Part shown: positions 1 to 9,353 of the stretch, one piece after another
How positions within the stretch are numbered: position 1 is the first letter of the stretch
How the letters are laid out: every line of letters begins with the position of its first letter
NCBI GenBank assembly: GCA_958296135.2
Contig: CATQHZ020000001.1
Coordinates: forward strand, 704,001-768,000
Length of the DNA: 64,000 bases
Reading direction: 5' to 3'
Origin: an uncultured Poribacteria bacterium
GTDB lineage: Bacteria > Poribacteria > WGA-4E > WGA-3G
The notes under the pieces: model-generated
The model's database searches: none
What the model was told of the DNA's origin: nothing
The model's input: only the letters and a program-made list of their open reading frames with translations
Made by a program: the position numbers and the translations under genes

Positions 1-995
1 CCGCGGGGTAGCGTGCCTGCGATGGGGCGCGTCTGGACAAGCCCGTCCTCTACCCGCACCATCATTTCCGGCGATGCGCCGACAATCTCAAAATCGTTGA
101 GTTTCAGGTAATACATGTAAGGCGATGGGTTGACGACACGCAACGCCCGATAGACATCAAACCCGTCCACGGCTATAGGCCGGCTGAACCGCTGTGAAGG
201 CACGCTCTGGATGATGTCGCCTGCGGCGATGTATTCCTTGGCGCGCTGCACCGCTGCTTCATACTCCTGCTTCGTAAAATTCGATTCGATGCGTCGGTTG
301 CACGGGCCAGGCTCTCGCGTTCCGGGGCTGGTGACGTTTGCGAGGTGCGCGGCTTTAAGTTTCTCAACGATTGCGTCAATCCGTTCGATCGCCTCGGCGT
401 AGGTTGCATCGATGTCGCCATCAATCCGTGCGTTCGCGACAACCTTAATCTGATGATTCACGTGATCGAACACCAGCAAGGTTTCGGCGAGCATGAAAAA
501 GCAGTCGGGTAACGCGAGTTCGTCTTCTGTCTCATCGGGGAGTTCTTCGACAAAGCGCACCATGTCGTAACTCAGGTATCCGACTGCGCCGCCGTGGAAT
601 GGCGGTAACCCGTCTACCTGCACAGGTCTGTAGCGATGCATCAGGTCTTCCAATGCTTGCAGCGGGTCATCGCATGTTTGCGTCACCGTTACGCCGCCAC
701 TTTGCCGGTCTGGTTTCCCGGGTCTTCCATGTTCCTCGCCTTTTGAGAGATAATCGATTGTTACCTGATGCCCTTTGCTCTGGAAAAGCACGGATGGCTG
801 GCTTCCGAGGAAGGAGTAGCGTGCGATGGTTTCGCCGCCTTCGACGCTCTCCAAGAGGAATGCGAAGTCATCGGGCATTAATTTGTAGAATGCGGACACC
901 GGTGTCTCCATATCAGCCAAAATGGGGCGATATACCGGGACCGTGTTTCCGAATTTCGCTTTCTCGCGAAATTCCGCCAATGTTGGATAATACAT
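1..995 (-). CDS. trpE: anthranilate synthase component I (3' end outside window)
   Basis: Manual translation from ATG at 995: MYYPTLAEFREKAKFGNTVPVYRPILADMETPVSAFYKL...FAFLLESVEGGETIARYS...FHGGAVGYLSYD...GDIIQ...YRALRVVNPSPYMY...GASPE; these are TrpE motifs. Missing from the ORF track because it is truncated. Confidence 0.92.
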   Translation of the reverse strand, partial: MYYPTLAEFREKAKFGNTVPVYRPILADMETPVSAFYKLMPDDFAFLLESVEGGETIARYSFLGSQPSVLFQSKGHQVTIDYLSKGEEHGRPGKPDRQSGGVTVTQTCDDPLQALEDLMHRYRPVQVDGLPPFHGGAVGYLSYDMVRFVEELPDETEDELALPDCFFMLAETLLVFDHVNHQIKVVANARIDGDIDATYAEAIERIDAIVEKLKAAHLANVTSPGTREPGPCNRRIESNFTKQEYEAAVQRAKEYIAAGDIIQSVPSQRFSRPIAVDGFDVYRALRVVNPSPYMYYLKLNDFEIVGASPEMMVRVEDGLVQTRPIAGTLPR

Positions 996-1049
996 AGTTG
1001 TTCCTAGTTTCTGTAAGTCAAGTTCGCCCGCTCTTGACTTGTCGGGCCC

Positions 1050-1076
1050 GTAGGCGCGCATTGTAAGCGCGCCTAC
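1050..1076. repeat. GTAG-type REP-like palindrome, family A (GTAGGCGCG-N9-CGCGCCTAC)
   Basis: gtaggcgcgcattgtaagcgcgcctac. Near-identical copies at 7355-7381, 12541-12567, 29334-29360 and 48134-48160; partial copies at about 8770, 8810, 10578, 22943, 22981, 24214, 32995, 39302, 46904, 53610, 55765, 57281, 57311 and 63362. Confidence 0.9.
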
Positions 1077-1175
1077 CCGTCAGAGACATCGAGTTGTGCC
1101 AATATCTGTAGTTTCGGCGTAACGGGCAGGCTCGGGCGCGCCTGCCCTAGATGCGTGACAACTGAATCGTTCTGA

Positions 1176-1556
1176 CTAATACACTGATTCTGCCTCAAAA
1201 ATCTTTTCGCCCACAACATGCGTGGTGTCGCCATCGGGGGAGACTTCCCGAAAGAAGCAGGAACGATAGCCGGTGTGGCATGCTGCTACCTTTTGTTCAA
1301 CCTTGATGAGCAGGGCATCGCCATCGCAATCGATTGCGATAGACTTGACAGTCTGCGTATGCCCGGAAGTCTCCCCCTTTCGCCAGAGTTTCTGGCGGGA
1401 GCGGCTCCAGAAGCAGACGCGGCCGGTGTCGCAGGTTTCGGTTATGGCCTCAGTGTTCATATATCCGAGCATGAGGACTTGGTTATTTGTTTCGTCCTGA
1501 ATGATGGCGGCGATGAGTCCATCGCGGTCGAATTTAAGTTCCGATAAGATTTGCAT
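1176..1556 (-). CDS. hisI: phosphoribosyl-AMP cyclohydrolase
   Basis: Motifs [26 protein letters not shown] and [17 protein letters not shown] before ATG at 1556. Confidence 0.95.
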   Translation of the reverse strand: MQILSELKFDRDGLIAAIIQDETNNQVLMLGYMNTEAITETCDTGRVCFWSRSRQKLWRKGETSGHTQTVKSIAIDCDGDALLIKVEQKVAACHTGYRSCFFREVSPDGDTTHVVGEKIFEAESVY

Positions 1557-1617
1557 TTTGCGTTTCTCCAACCGGGCGGATAGAGGGCTCTGGCTTTACA
1601 GCTGTCCTTGTTAGAAC

Positions 1618-1649
1618 GTAGCGCGAGTGCCTGTCCCTCGCGCTACGGT
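1618..1649. repeat. REP-like palindrome, family B (GTAGCGCGAG..CCTGTCCCTCGCGCTACGG)
   Basis: gtagcgcgagtgcctgtccctcgcgctacggt. Relatives at 2871-3145, 41796-41857, 47778-47838 and 60441-60456, and inside valS at 31581-31607. Confidence 0.85.
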
Positions 1650-1672
1650 GATGCGAGATGGTTCGCGTTTTA

Positions 1673-2767
1673 TCAACCACACGGCAGCATTTTCAGGCAG
1701 ACAGGCATCGGGACTTCGGTGACGTGTCCCGTCGCGTTGAGCGCGCCGGTCTCGGTGTCAATCGCAAACGTGACAATCGTATCTGTCTGCTGATTGGCGG
1801 CGAAGAGGAAGGTGCCTTCCGGGTTGAGCCCGAAATTGCGCGGCGTTTTGCCTCGCGTCGATTCACAACCGATGGAGGACAGCAATCCGGTTTCCGCATC
1901 GATTGCACAGATGGCGATGCTATCGTGTCCCCGGTTTGAACCGTAGAGGAATTTGCCGTTAGGATGCACATGCACATCGGCGCAGTGACTGGTGCCGTCA
2001 AAATCATCGGGCAGGGTGGAAAGCGTTTGGAGCTCGGTAAGCGTGCCAGTGGTCCTGTCGTAGGCAAACGTCGTGAAGGTAGAGTCCAACTCGTTAATCA
2101 CATACGCGTATTTGCCGTTTGGGTGGAAATCGAAGTGGCGCGGTCCTGCGCCCGGATGCACGCGGACCCAAGGTTGCGCGTTCGGCGTTAAGGTGCCGTT
2201 TTCAGTATCCAATTGGTAAATCAAGATTTTGTCCAGCCCGAGGTCTGGTGCGAAGGCGTAACGGTTGCCCGGGTCAATCATAATTGCGTGTGCGTGCGGT
2301 TCCATCTGCCGCTGCGGATTGATGCTGGAACCTTGGTGCTGAACGAAATCGGATGCCTCGCCGAGTCTGCCGTCTGATTCGATCGGAAAAGCGACGACGC
2401 TGCCTCCGCCGTAGTTCGCGATAAGTAGGAACTTCCCGGTTGCATCGACGCTGAGGTGACACGGCGCGCCGCCCCCGGTCGCGCGCTTGTTGAGGAAGCT
2501 CATCTCCCCGGTGTCCTGATGGATGTAAAACGCGGTGACGGAGCCGCTTGGCTTCCCCTCGTATTGGTCAAGTTCGTTGACAGCGTAGAGGTACCGCCCA
2601 CTTGGGTGAATCTCCACAAATGAGGGTTGCTCAACACCGGTTGCTTTGCTTGCATAGTCCAACGCGCCGGTCGCGCCATCCAGGCGATAGACATAGATGC
2701 CTTCGCTGTCACTGTGCGTATAGGTACCGACATAAACGAAATAGTCTTGACTGTTTTGTTGCGCCAT
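1673..2767 (-). CDS. pgl: 6-phosphogluconolactonase / lactonase family beta-propeller
   Basis: VYVGTYT, ANYGGGSV, PHAH, GAGPRH, SNRGHDSI and TPRNF motifs. Confidence 0.88.
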   Translation of the reverse strand: MAQQNSQDYFVYVGTYTHSDSEGIYVYRLDGATGALDYASKATGVEQPSFVEIHPSGRYLYAVNELDQYEGKPSGSVTAFYIHQDTGEMSFLNKRATGGGAPCHLSVDATGKFLLIANYGGGSVVAFPIESDGRLGEASDFVQHQGSSINPQRQMEPHAHAIMIDPGNRYAFAPDLGLDKILIYQLDTENGTLTPNAQPWVRVHPGAGPRHFDFHPNGKYAYVINELDSTFTTFAYDRTTGTLTELQTLSTLPDDFDGTSHCADVHVHPNGKFLYGSNRGHDSIAICAIDAETGLLSSIGCESTRGKTPRNFGLNPEGTFLFAANQQTDTIVTFAIDTETGALNATGHVTEVPMPVCLKMLPCG

Positions 2768-2870
2768 TGTTTCTGTCCTCTGCCAAAATTGGGTTTGTTT
2801 TAAGGATACCATAAAATGGATAAGATGTCAAGGGAATTGCAGTGAACGCGATGGAACGCCCGATGCCACC

Positions 2871-3145
2871 GTAGGGCGAGGGCCTGTGCATCGCGCGAAC
2901 GATCCCTGGCGCGATGGGAAAAGGGGCATTTCTTGTCGGTAGGAGATCGCGGCGGACAGGCCGCCGCGCTACGGTAAAAGGGGCCGTCTGGCGAGGGATT
3001 CGCGAGGGACAGGGCTGGTGGCCGCCGTAGGGCGCGGTCCTGTGCCTCGCCATGCTTCGACCCGCAGAGAAGATGGCGGTGCCCTTCGGGGTTGCAGCTG
3101 TTTTTTGTGGGGCGGGAGATCGCGGCGGCCTGTCCGCCGCGCTAC
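2871..3145. repeat. tandem pair of REPIN/BIME-like doublets (family B)
   Basis: Two 100-120 bp units, each gtagggcg...cctgtgc.tcgc [spacer] ggagatcgcggcgg-N5-ccgccgcgctacggt. Confidence 0.8.
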
Positions 3146-3156
3146 GGTGAAAGGGG

Positions 3157-3525
3157 GTGAAAAGGGGCCGTTTTGAGGGAGATAGGCTAACGAAGCTGGA
3201 GGTGCAGACTGCCCCTATTCCCCAGATGCAAACTGATATCAAGCAGACGCAGGCAGATGTGAAGCAGACGCAGGCAGATGTGAAGCAGACGCAGGTGGAT
3301 GGAAAACAGACGCAGGCAGATGTGAAGCAGACGCAGGCGGATGTTGCGGATGTTAAAGTAGACGTTGCGTGGATACGCGGTACGCTTGAAGAGCGTGCGC
3401 GTAATGAGGTCAATGCCCATCATGCCAAGACTCGGTTAGGGATGTGGATTTTTGGCGGGGTTGCGACATTGAGTGCAATCTTGAGTTTGGCTCAGTGGCT
3501 ATTCTCTATACGTCCGTCGCCGTAG
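3157..3525 (+). CDS. coiled-coil heptad-repeat protein with C-terminal TM helix (5' end uncertain, possibly truncated)
   Basis: KQTQADV-type heptad repeated about 5 times, encoded by a 21-nt tandem repeat (about 3230-3345); hydrophobic C-terminal segment. Confidence 0.55.
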   Translation: MKRGRFEGDRLTKLEVQTAPIPQMQTDIKQTQADVKQTQADVKQTQVDGKQTQADVKQTQADVADVKVDVAWIRGTLEERARNEVNAHHAKTRLGMWIFGGVATLSAILSLAQWLFSIRPSP

Positions 3526-3710
3526 TGCGGCGAGCGACTTGGCTCTGTTGGTAGATTTCGATGCCGGTGCTAGTCTGTTCCATCTTGTCAGACTTGGGGA
3601 TTTCTTGGATGATAAGTTCGGGTGCAAGGTGGATGTGGTGTTGCGTCGTGCCCTTCGTAAAGAGGTTCGTGACGCTGTTTCCAAGGAGCTGGTGCGCCTA
3701 TATCACGAGA
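3505..3710 (+). pseudogene. degenerate minimal nucleotidyltransferase (MNT-type antitoxin) remnant
   Basis: YVRRRSAASDLALLVDFDAGASLFHLVRLGDFLDDKFGCKVDVVLRRALRKEVRDAVSKE resembles the MNT C-terminal half. The GS-x10-DxD motif is broken and there is no proper start. Confidence 0.65.
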
Positions 3711-3865
3711 ATGTCGATGGCATGTATGGGTTTGATGTTCATGGTTTCTATTCTCCTATTAGAATGAACGGGCGTTCGCGCCGGCTGACACCCGTTCACT
3801 GAAAGCGCGTCCGTAACCTAAAACCCCAATCTACGTAGCATCTCGCACGCCAAGGGATGCAGCGG

Positions 3866-4954
3866 CTAAAAAGGGGGATGGCCGCTTGACGACTTGCCGG
3901 CCTTTATCTGGCTCCATTGCGTGGTGAGTTTCCCCGTAGTGGAAACAGGAAGACTGTGAGCTGTCCAGTCCGCCGCCCAATCCTCACTAGGATGGTTAGT
4001 GAGGTTGGTAATCTGTCGACTGGCAAGTTCATAGCGATAGATATCGTAAGGCGGCCTAACTGTGTCCATCAAGGAGTCAGTTTCGGATGCAGCAAAAAGA
4101 ATCACCGCTCCCTCCTCAGCCCAGCACGCTGCGTTGAGTCGCCAAGTGTCTGGGGTGTCAAGGGCTCGGGGGTTGGCACCCTGTCTGTCGCGAATGATGA
4201 AACGTGCCGAAGCCAATCGAAAGGTGTTTCCTTCTAGTACGGACGTCACCGCGCGATAGAGAATACGTTCACCGTCCGGTGCCCAGCGTGGACTGAAGTT
4301 CATCAAGGTTGTCCCTAGGATAAGGGGTGCTTGCTTGACGAGGGGCCGATTCCGTTTTCCATCCGCATCCATGATGTAGATGTGCCGGCCTTGCCCGGGC
4401 AACGCGAGCTCGTAGGCAATCTCGCGGCCATTGGGCGCCCAGTCCGGTGCCATTGCGTATCCACCGACTTCCGCCTCGCTGTGCGTCAGTTGCTGGAGTG
4501 CCCCGCTATTGAGATGCATCACATAGATTTCCAATAGGCCGTTCCGCGTGCTTGAAAAGGCAATGCGCTGGCCATCGGGGGCCCAAGCCACCTGGCCATC
4601 TAGCGCCGGATGTTCGATGAGTGTCTGCACCCGGTGCCTGCCCAGAAGCATCAGGAAGATGTCATTCTGTTTCTCCTCGCCGGGAGTGACGGGGGCTAAA
4701 TCCATGGAAAACAGGAGGTGTCTGCCATCGGGAGACCACCGTACGAGCCTTTTCCGGTGTCCATCGTATGTTATCCGGCGGACGTTGCTGCCCTCATCGT
4801 TCATGATGTAGATTTCGTTGTCAAGCGACGCTAGTTGTCCATCGCGGTTGGAGGTGAAGACGATGTCTGCAACCGTGGGACGGTGAACGCATAAGCAGAG
4901 GAGGCAGAGCGCGGCGGCGTATCGCCAAACGCTGCCGATTTTGTGTCTGTTCAT
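3866..4954 (-). CDS. secreted TolB-like (PD40/WD40-like) beta-propeller protein with conserved C-terminal tail
   Basis: Signal peptide, IVFTSNRDG, repeated WSPDG/WAPDG/WAPNG; ends LPVSTTGKLTTQWSQIK. Confidence 0.85.
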   Translation of the reverse strand: MNRHKIGSVWRYAAALCLLCLCVHRPTVADIVFTSNRDGQLASLDNEIYIMNDEGSNVRRITYDGHRKRLVRWSPDGRHLLFSMDLAPVTPGEEKQNDIFLMLLGRHRVQTLIEHPALDGQVAWAPDGQRIAFSSTRNGLLEIYVMHLNSGALQQLTHSEAEVGGYAMAPDWAPNGREIAYELALPGQGRHIYIMDADGKRNRPLVKQAPLILGTTLMNFSPRWAPDGERILYRAVTSVLEGNTFRLASARFIIRDRQGANPRALDTPDTWRLNAACWAEEGAVILFAASETDSLMDTVRPPYDIYRYELASRQITNLTNHPSEDWAADWTAHSLPVSTTGKLTTQWSQIKAGKSSSGHPPF

Positions 4955-4993
4955 GGGTATTTCTCCTGCTCTTAAGAGCGGTGCCGTTGCCTG

Positions 4994-5454
4994 TCACCCC
5001 CTCAGCGTGACAGGCAACGCGGCTGCGGCGGCTGAAGCCGCCTTAGCAGAGACTGTAAACATGCCGTTAGGCTCGATCCCAAGCCTGTTGAGATTGGTAA
5101 ATCCGAGACTCGCTGTCTTCATGAAGACAGCGTCCTCATCGGGCTTAAGCGTTACCTCCACCGGTGGGTTAGGCATCTTTATCTCATGCCCCCGCCTTCG
5201 AGGATTGAATGCTTAAACTCGTAAAGGTAACTCGCGTTGAAGTCGCTCTCGTTAGAGACAGAGACGTGGTGCGAGGTGCTTGTACGGGGGTGATTCCAAC
5301 TGAGCCCCCATATCTCAACCGAACCGTAGACGTTGCCTACCCAGCGAGATTCCTGCCTTGAGGGCGGGTGATCCGTGGGAGCAATATCGGTGATAACAAG
5401 GCTGCACAGCGCAAGTATCCCGATGAGCGTTAGGCATTTCACTGCCGTTTTCAT
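4994..5454 (-). pseudogene. secreted hypothetical protein split by an apparent 1-nt frameshift
   Basis: GGAGG RBS and signal peptide MKTAVKCLTL... One extra G in the GGCGGGGGC run near 5190 would join ORF 5179-5454 to ORF 4994-5176 (...EGGGHEIKMPNPP...). Confidence 0.5.
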
Positions 5455-5692
5455 TTTGATTTCCTCCGTTTGCCTCCCTCTAAAAGAGAGACTGTTGACA
5501 TGCGGAAAAATCCATCGCCAATGTTGCTCAGCATCATTATATATCCTCATTGTAGGGCATTTTTTCACAAGTGGCCCAACTTTTTGAAGATATACCCGCT
5601 TTTAAATCCTATAGACGTTGATCTGAGGCAAAAGGTACCACAAATGATGCAAAAAAATGTTTTTTTGCATTTTATAGAAAATTCTTGATTTT

Positions 5693-7255
5693 TTAAGGCG
5701 CGGGCATTTGATAAAGGGAGAATTCTTCGTCGCTGATGGTAGAACCGGTAAAATGTGCCACGTTGATGAGACGATACCGTTCCTGCAGCTGCGCGCTCAC
5801 GGCGCGGTTCAGGATAATCAGCACCGGTTGTGAAGTCTGCGTACTTAACACTTTTGCCGCTTCAATGACATCTGCGTCGGGAACATCCGCGGTGCGCGCG
5901 CTGTCCCAACGGATAAATGAACCGAACCGCCTTCCGCGCGGATAGTAAATAACCGCTTTCTCTAAATACCCGACGATGGTGCTAGCGGCGAAATCTGTGT
6001 CGCCTACCATCGGCATCTCCTGCATCCCTTGCGCCTTGATATATTCAGCTGTCTGTTTGCCGCAAGAGAAAATATGTCGGGTATCCATGCTAACGGCGAT
6101 GACACCACCAATAAAATGGCAGCCGAGGATGAGGGTGAGGATGATGCTGAACGCGCGTTCCGGACGCGTTTCCTCGCTGTCGGTAGGCGCGGTTTTCAAC
6201 TGCGCATCTGTCCCTATCTCCGGACACTCCCGATAAATCCACGCAACCGTCAGAAATGTCAGGAATAGGAATCCGTGGTGACGGATGCTGCCGTAATACT
6301 TGACATAGAAAAACGCGAGCAGTCCGAGCGTTGCGGTGAGATAGATGAGCAAGGCGGTAGGGCGTTTACATGTCACCCCTACGCCGAAGAGAATGAGGAG
6401 AAAACAGAGCGGCATCTGGAGGGTTTGGAAGAGCGGGTATGCCTCAAGTTGCTGCGAATTCCAAAAGTGGCGCGTTGGCTTCGGGATAGGCAGATATGCG
6501 CGCGAGATGAGCTTCAGCACTTTGAAGAAGTGCTCTGTTTCGTAGTCAAATTTCCAATCGATGGCGAATCCGGTATTCGGCGGCGGCTTGAGTTGCGCGA
6601 TGGAAGTCAAAATCCCGATGCCGATGAGCGCGAAACTGAGCCAAACCCATTTTTTATCGGCAGGCGAGGTTTGTAACCCCGCGGGCTGCTTCGTGCGAAG
6701 ATAGAGATACTCACAAAAGAGGGCGAAACCTATCGCGATGGTGACAATCAAGGCGTGAACGCTGGTATGCGCCAGGAGAAATAGCACCCCGCCTATCCAC
6801 AGTGGCCGTTTGTAGCGTTCTCTGAAAAGCACGCAAAAGAGAGTGATGAACAGCAAACCGAGTGCGTAGTTTCGCGCGACGATGGCGTATTCATAAAGCG
6901 CGAAGTAACCGAAACAGCATAGAAACTTCTGGAGGCGATTGAAGGGCGCGTATCGGGCGAAGAGGTAGACGGTAGTGCCCGCGATGAACAGATGGAACGC
7001 CTGCATGATAATAGGCGATGTGGTAATGTGGCTGAGTGGCATCAGGCAGAGGTGCCACAGGCCCGGGTGTCCCTCATATTTGAGGTGCGCGAAGAGTTCA
7101 AAGAGGGACGCGCTGTCCCGCGCGAGCAGCCACGCTTGGATTTCGTCGCGCCACATTTCATGGTGGAATGCGGTGAAGCCTCCCAAAATAAGGAAGCCGG
7201 ATGTCAAACCGAGGGCATAACGCGCATTGTCTCGCTGTGTGCAGTGACTATTCAT
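5693..7255 (-). CDS. polytopic membrane protein, GT-C glycosyltransferase-like
   Basis: HEMWRDEIQAW and YEGHPGLW loop motifs plus about 10-12 TM segments. Confidence 0.65.
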   Translation of the reverse strand: MNSHCTQRDNARYALGLTSGFLILGGFTAFHHEMWRDEIQAWLLARDSASLFELFAHLKYEGHPGLWHLCLMPLSHITTSPIIMQAFHLFIAGTTVYLFARYAPFNRLQKFLCCFGYFALYEYAIVARNYALGLLFITLFCVLFRERYKRPLWIGGVLFLLAHTSVHALIVTIAIGFALFCEYLYLRTKQPAGLQTSPADKKWVWLSFALIGIGILTSIAQLKPPPNTGFAIDWKFDYETEHFFKVLKLISRAYLPIPKPTRHFWNSQQLEAYPLFQTLQMPLCFLLILFGVGVTCKRPTALLIYLTATLGLLAFFYVKYYGSIRHHGFLFLTFLTVAWIYRECPEIGTDAQLKTAPTDSEETRPERAFSIILTLILGCHFIGGVIAVSMDTRHIFSCGKQTAEYIKAQGMQEMPMVGDTDFAASTIVGYLEKAVIYYPRGRRFGSFIRWDSARTADVPDADVIEAAKVLSTQTSQPVLIILNRAVSAQLQERYRLINVAHFTGSTISDEEFSLYQMPAP

Positions 7256-7435
7256 TTTGCGGTTGCCAACCTTGCTGGATTAAGGTATACTGTTAAGATA
7301 ACAGAAGAACGGTTGTTTTGCAACCTTCATTCACCGAACCAGATACCAAACCCGGTAGGCGCGGTTTCAAACCGCGCCTACCGAAACAGGGATTTTGGCA
7401 TTTGCGTAAGTGCTAACAAAAAGGAGGATTGAACC

Positions 7436-8713
7436 ATGAGACGTTTAGACTTCGGACAGATGAGAACTCTGTCCAGGATATGCCTCGCGCTTGCCATTGC
7501 AATTTGCGTTTTGCAAGGGTGCGGTGACATTCAGAAGCCATTTCTCGCTGTTACCGGCACGACAGGGGACGACACAGCGGCGTTCTCCGGCCGTGTTGTA
7601 GATGCCGAGGGAGCTCCGATTGCCGGGCTCGCGTTGACGATTGAACCGAGTCCTTGGGATGACTTTGACGATGACGCTGTGGGGCAGCGGCAGCCGCCGC
7701 CCAAAACCGTAACCAATCCGGCGGGGGCTTTCTCGCTTGCTGGCATCACTTCGGGGCGCGTCGCTGTGACATTGCTGCCGGATAACTATGAAGAGGATGT
7801 CTACGCTGAACCGGAATATGAGATTCTTTCCATCAAACTTGGGGAAATCCTTTACCACCAGAATGAGTCGTCGCCTTTTGGGGGAATCACGTTTACTATC
7901 ACCCCCGGCATCCATGTCCAAGACGCGGTGGTCACCGTGAGCCGTCGGATGCGCATTGCGGGACGAATCGTTTTCAAAGATGGCACCCCTCTTGCGGACG
8001 CACGCCTTTCTCTGAACGTGGAACAACGTGATTTGGATGGGAACGGTAGTTCAAGTTCTGGTGGAAGCGCGCATACGGATGTGGATGGAAGCTTCATCGA
8101 ATACGTCGATGAAGCCGGGCTGTTCTGGGTTTCAGTTGAATATGAGGGACTTTCCGCCACGTCGGAGGAGTTCGTGCTTAACGATGGCGAACGCCGAGAA
8201 GACCTGGTTTTGACGTTTGACAGCGAGCCGATTGAACCCATGGACGAGGGAACGGGCGTTACTGCGCAGATTCCGCGGACACCCAACGATGGCACTGTGT
8301 GGGTAGTGAACCCTTCAAACGGGCATGCCTACAAAGCCGTTTATGCTGAAAACCCCGATGAGGCACGGCAACTGGCGGCCGCTGAAAATGCCCACCTCGT
8401 CACAATCAACGACGAGGCAGAACAGGGGTGGATTGAGGGAATCTTCGGCCGAAACCCGTTTTGGCTCGGATTGAGCGATGCACAAACGGAAGGTGACTGG
8501 CAGTGGGATAGCGGCGAGCCGGTTACCTATACTAATTGGAGTGCCACGGAAATTTTTCCCGACCGCGGGGAGGGTGCCGACAAGGACTATGCTGTCTTCA
8601 CTTTCGGGGCAGAATGGCAGGCAGTTGGCCCCGAAAGCCCGTTCTGGCGCATAACCCATAGGGCAATCCTTGAAGCCGAAGAGGTGCCTCCCGATATGCC
8701 GATGGAAGAATAG
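7436..8713 (+). CDS. lipoprotein with two carboxypeptidase-regulatory-like domains and a C-terminal C-type lectin domain
   Basis: Lipobox LQGC; GRVVDAEGAP and GRIVFKDGTP repeats; NGHAY...AHLVTINDEAEQ...FWLGLSD...EGDWQWDSGEPVTYTNW. AGGAGG RBS. Confidence 0.85.
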   Translation: MRRLDFGQMRTLSRICLALAIAICVLQGCGDIQKPFLAVTGTTGDDTAAFSGRVVDAEGAPIAGLALTIEPSPWDDFDDDAVGQRQPPPKTVTNPAGAFSLAGITSGRVAVTLLPDNYEEDVYAEPEYEILSIKLGEILYHQNESSPFGGITFTITPGIHVQDAVVTVSRRMRIAGRIVFKDGTPLADARLSLNVEQRDLDGNGSSSSGGSAHTDVDGSFIEYVDEAGLFWVSVEYEGLSATSEEFVLNDGERREDLVLTFDSEPIEPMDEGTGVTAQIPRTPNDGTVWVVNPSNGHAYKAVYAENPDEARQLAAAENAHLVTINDEAEQGWIEGIFGRNPFWLGLSDAQTEGDWQWDSGEPVTYTNWSATEIFPDRGEGADKDYAVFTFGAEWQAVGPESPFWRITHRAILEAEEVPPDMPMEE

Positions 8714-8884
8714 GCACGTTATAATAGGGCGGAAGCACCGGCTCCTGCCTTTGCACGGCAAGAACCCGATAGGCGCGGTTTCAAACCGCATTGACGAGAC
8801 TGAAACCCGGTAGGCGCGGTTTCAAGCAGTGCCTATCGAATTGGATTTTGGCATTTGCGAAATCGAAAAAAAGAGAATTGAACC

Positions 8885-9125
8885 ATGAACGCTTAAACCT
8901 CACGCGCACCCTCGCGCTTCTCACGGGAATCGCGGTGATGTGCCTTCATGGCATCACAGTGGAAGACGCAGCAGACATGGCTACGTTCGCCGGGCGCGTT
9001 GTTGATATGGAGGGAAATCCCGTTGCCAACGCGCAAATTATGGTAGAAACAATCTATCAAGAGTTAGGTGGGCTCACAAACGGGGGCTCAAGAGGAACAA
9101 GGCGGACAGACGTTGATGGTGATGT
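8885..9125 (+). pseudogene. truncated and frameshifted paralog of the 7436 gene
   Basis: Upstream sequence mirrors the leader of 7436 (ggattttggcatttgcg...ttgaaccATG). ATG at 8885 reads ATG AAC GCT TAA, out of frame with the signal peptide and TFAGRVVDMEGNP...RRTDVDG that follow. Confidence 0.65.
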
Positions 9126-9252
9126 TGGGCGCGAGGGTTTCCAAGAACATCTTCAGATGCGGCAGCAGGAAGAGTTCTGGCGTAGCATGCGCGCTTTTGC
9201 GCGTGCTGTCAATATTTTGCAAATAGGCGTGGCATTGGCGTTGAACATCCAT
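9088..9252 (-). pseudogene. N-terminal remnant of a probable Type IIG/ISP-like R-M gene
   Basis: MDVQRQCHAYLQNIDSTRKSAHATPELFLLPHLKMFLETLAP resembles the 'YL...ATE/PE.S.R..LK.LLE' start of such enzymes and lies directly behind a consensus promoter. Confidence 0.45.
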
Positions 9253-9262
9253 ATTATGATGT

Positions 9263-9292
9263 ATTATAGCCCCAACGGTTTTTAACTGTCAA
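9263..9292 (-). promoter_or_regulatory. consensus sigma70 promoter
   Basis: Minus strand reads TTGACA-18 nt-TATAAT. Confidence 0.7.
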
Positions 9293-9353
9293 TGTGTTTC
9301 TTGCCAGGCACCGGAATTTATGGTATCATTGTTACACCTAATCTCTGTACCTC

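Noticed and set aside
8791-9285. 164-aa CDS as listed in the ORF track
   Set aside because: It starts inside REP copies and is a chimera of a pseudogene and antisense sequence.
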